A stretch of 63,742 nucleotides of DNA, counting the filler, from Octopus bimaculoides (lineage: Eukaryota): assembly GCF_001194135.2 (NCBI RefSeq). It is 6 parts of 6 records of this genome, joined end to end, with 100 filler letters (N's around TTAATTAATTAA, not from the genome) between each part and the next. Parts side by side here need not be neighbours in the genome. Positions count along the whole stretch, not along the records: positions 61,499 to 63,742 come from NW_026339638.1; 5 more parts are not named here. One strand, given 5' to 3'. The position numbers and the translations under genes are program-made. Positions within the stretch are counted from its first letter, which is position 1. Each line of letters begins with the position of its first letter. The notes below the pieces were generated by a model. The model did not search any database. It was given only the letters and a program-made list of their open reading frames with translations, and was not told where the DNA came from. Of this stretch, positions 62,906 to 63,742 are shown piece after piece.

Positions 62906-63289
62906 TATATATATATGTATCCTATGAAATTAAAAGCATTCATTAAAGTTAGTCTTATGTTTCACCTGATGTACATCTGTGTGTGTGTGTGTGTTCAATG
63001 ATGTTTAATTTTATTCAAACCAACAAACAGCTAATTATTCACCCACACACAGTCTCATACACTCTATTATACATTAATCTATATTTATCGCTTGTCAACT
63101 ACTTTTACGCGATAGTTTCAGGTTTTTATCCAAGTGGTCGGAAACACAGACTTTTTTAAACGGTCTTTGTCCCAGCTTTTAAAACAAATGACAAAATGCT
63201 TTTATATCACAAGATTAGGAACATCATTGTTGCTCTGCTTGTTGCTTAGGAAACGGATAATTAAAACTTCCATTCAATGTCTGCAATTC

Positions 63290-63742
63290 CAAAGCAAACT
63301 GACTTTTGCTCAGGGCATTGGGCAACCAGCCTCCTCCAGTGGGTTTCTTCATTCAGCTTCTATTGTCACACATCCATTCTACAAAATGCTGAATGTCTTC
63401 AGGTCATCTTGAAATGGCCACCACCGGGTAGCATGGGATCTTTGGCCTCCCTTTTTTTCACACTTGTTATCAGGTAGTACTCAAGCCATGGTTGTTTTCA
63501 AGTCCTGCTGATTGGTTAGGTACAGAATGGAGCCAGTCAGATGGAATCCCTTGCAATGGTCACAACCTCGCTCTTCTCAGAATCTCTTCGTTTGTGACCT
63601 CATCTGCCAGTTTGCTCCCAACATCTTTCTGAGATGCATTTCATTGAATACAATTAGTTTTCTATTCCTCTTTGTTGTCTTCTTCCAAATCGTTTTCTTT
63701 CAACATGGACTCCAATTTGAAACTCACTCCAGCTTCTTCATT
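63290..63742 (-). mobile_element. RTE-like LINE 3' fragment
   Basis: Decayed WQM.VTNEEILRRA...GRPK..RW..QDDLK pattern. Confidence 0.55.

Noticed and set aside
59433-63742. Search for the missing SAFB RRM exon upstream of exon A (and in 39011-41600)
   Set aside because: No NLWVSGL/RNP-like coding sequence seen; these regions are repeats or separate pieces.

Overview
Eukaryotic, AT-rich, microsatellite-saturated draft scaffold. The SINE, LINE and maT repeat complement looks cephalopod (Octopus-like); that is an inference from pattern recognition, not a database hit. Five identical N44-TTAATTAATTAA-N44 spacers show the window is a concatenation of six pieces: 1-28326, 28427-35421, 35522-38910, 39011-59332, 59433-61398 and 61499-63742. 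The only well-supported host gene is a minus-strand SAFB/SLTM-family gene in circularly permuted order. Its C-terminal exons (58.5-52.3 kb, ending ...RFDAYSIMGSM*) lie upstream of the SAP-domain first exon (49831-49697) within one gapless contig. The N-terminal exons continue to 41628, and no RRM exon is visible. The C-terminal part also contains an intragenic exon duplication. The rest is transposon debris: three Penelope-like fragments (one flanked by inverted repeats that each hold a type I hammerhead ribozyme), RTE, CR1/Jockey-like and RLE-clade LINE fragments, a Helitron helicase fragment, maT/Tc1-mariner remnants, several tRNA-derived SINE families, and palindromic MITE-like elements. 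Most ORFs in the supplied track are microsatellite or N-gap artefacts. No rRNA, genuine tRNA or CRISPR array was found.
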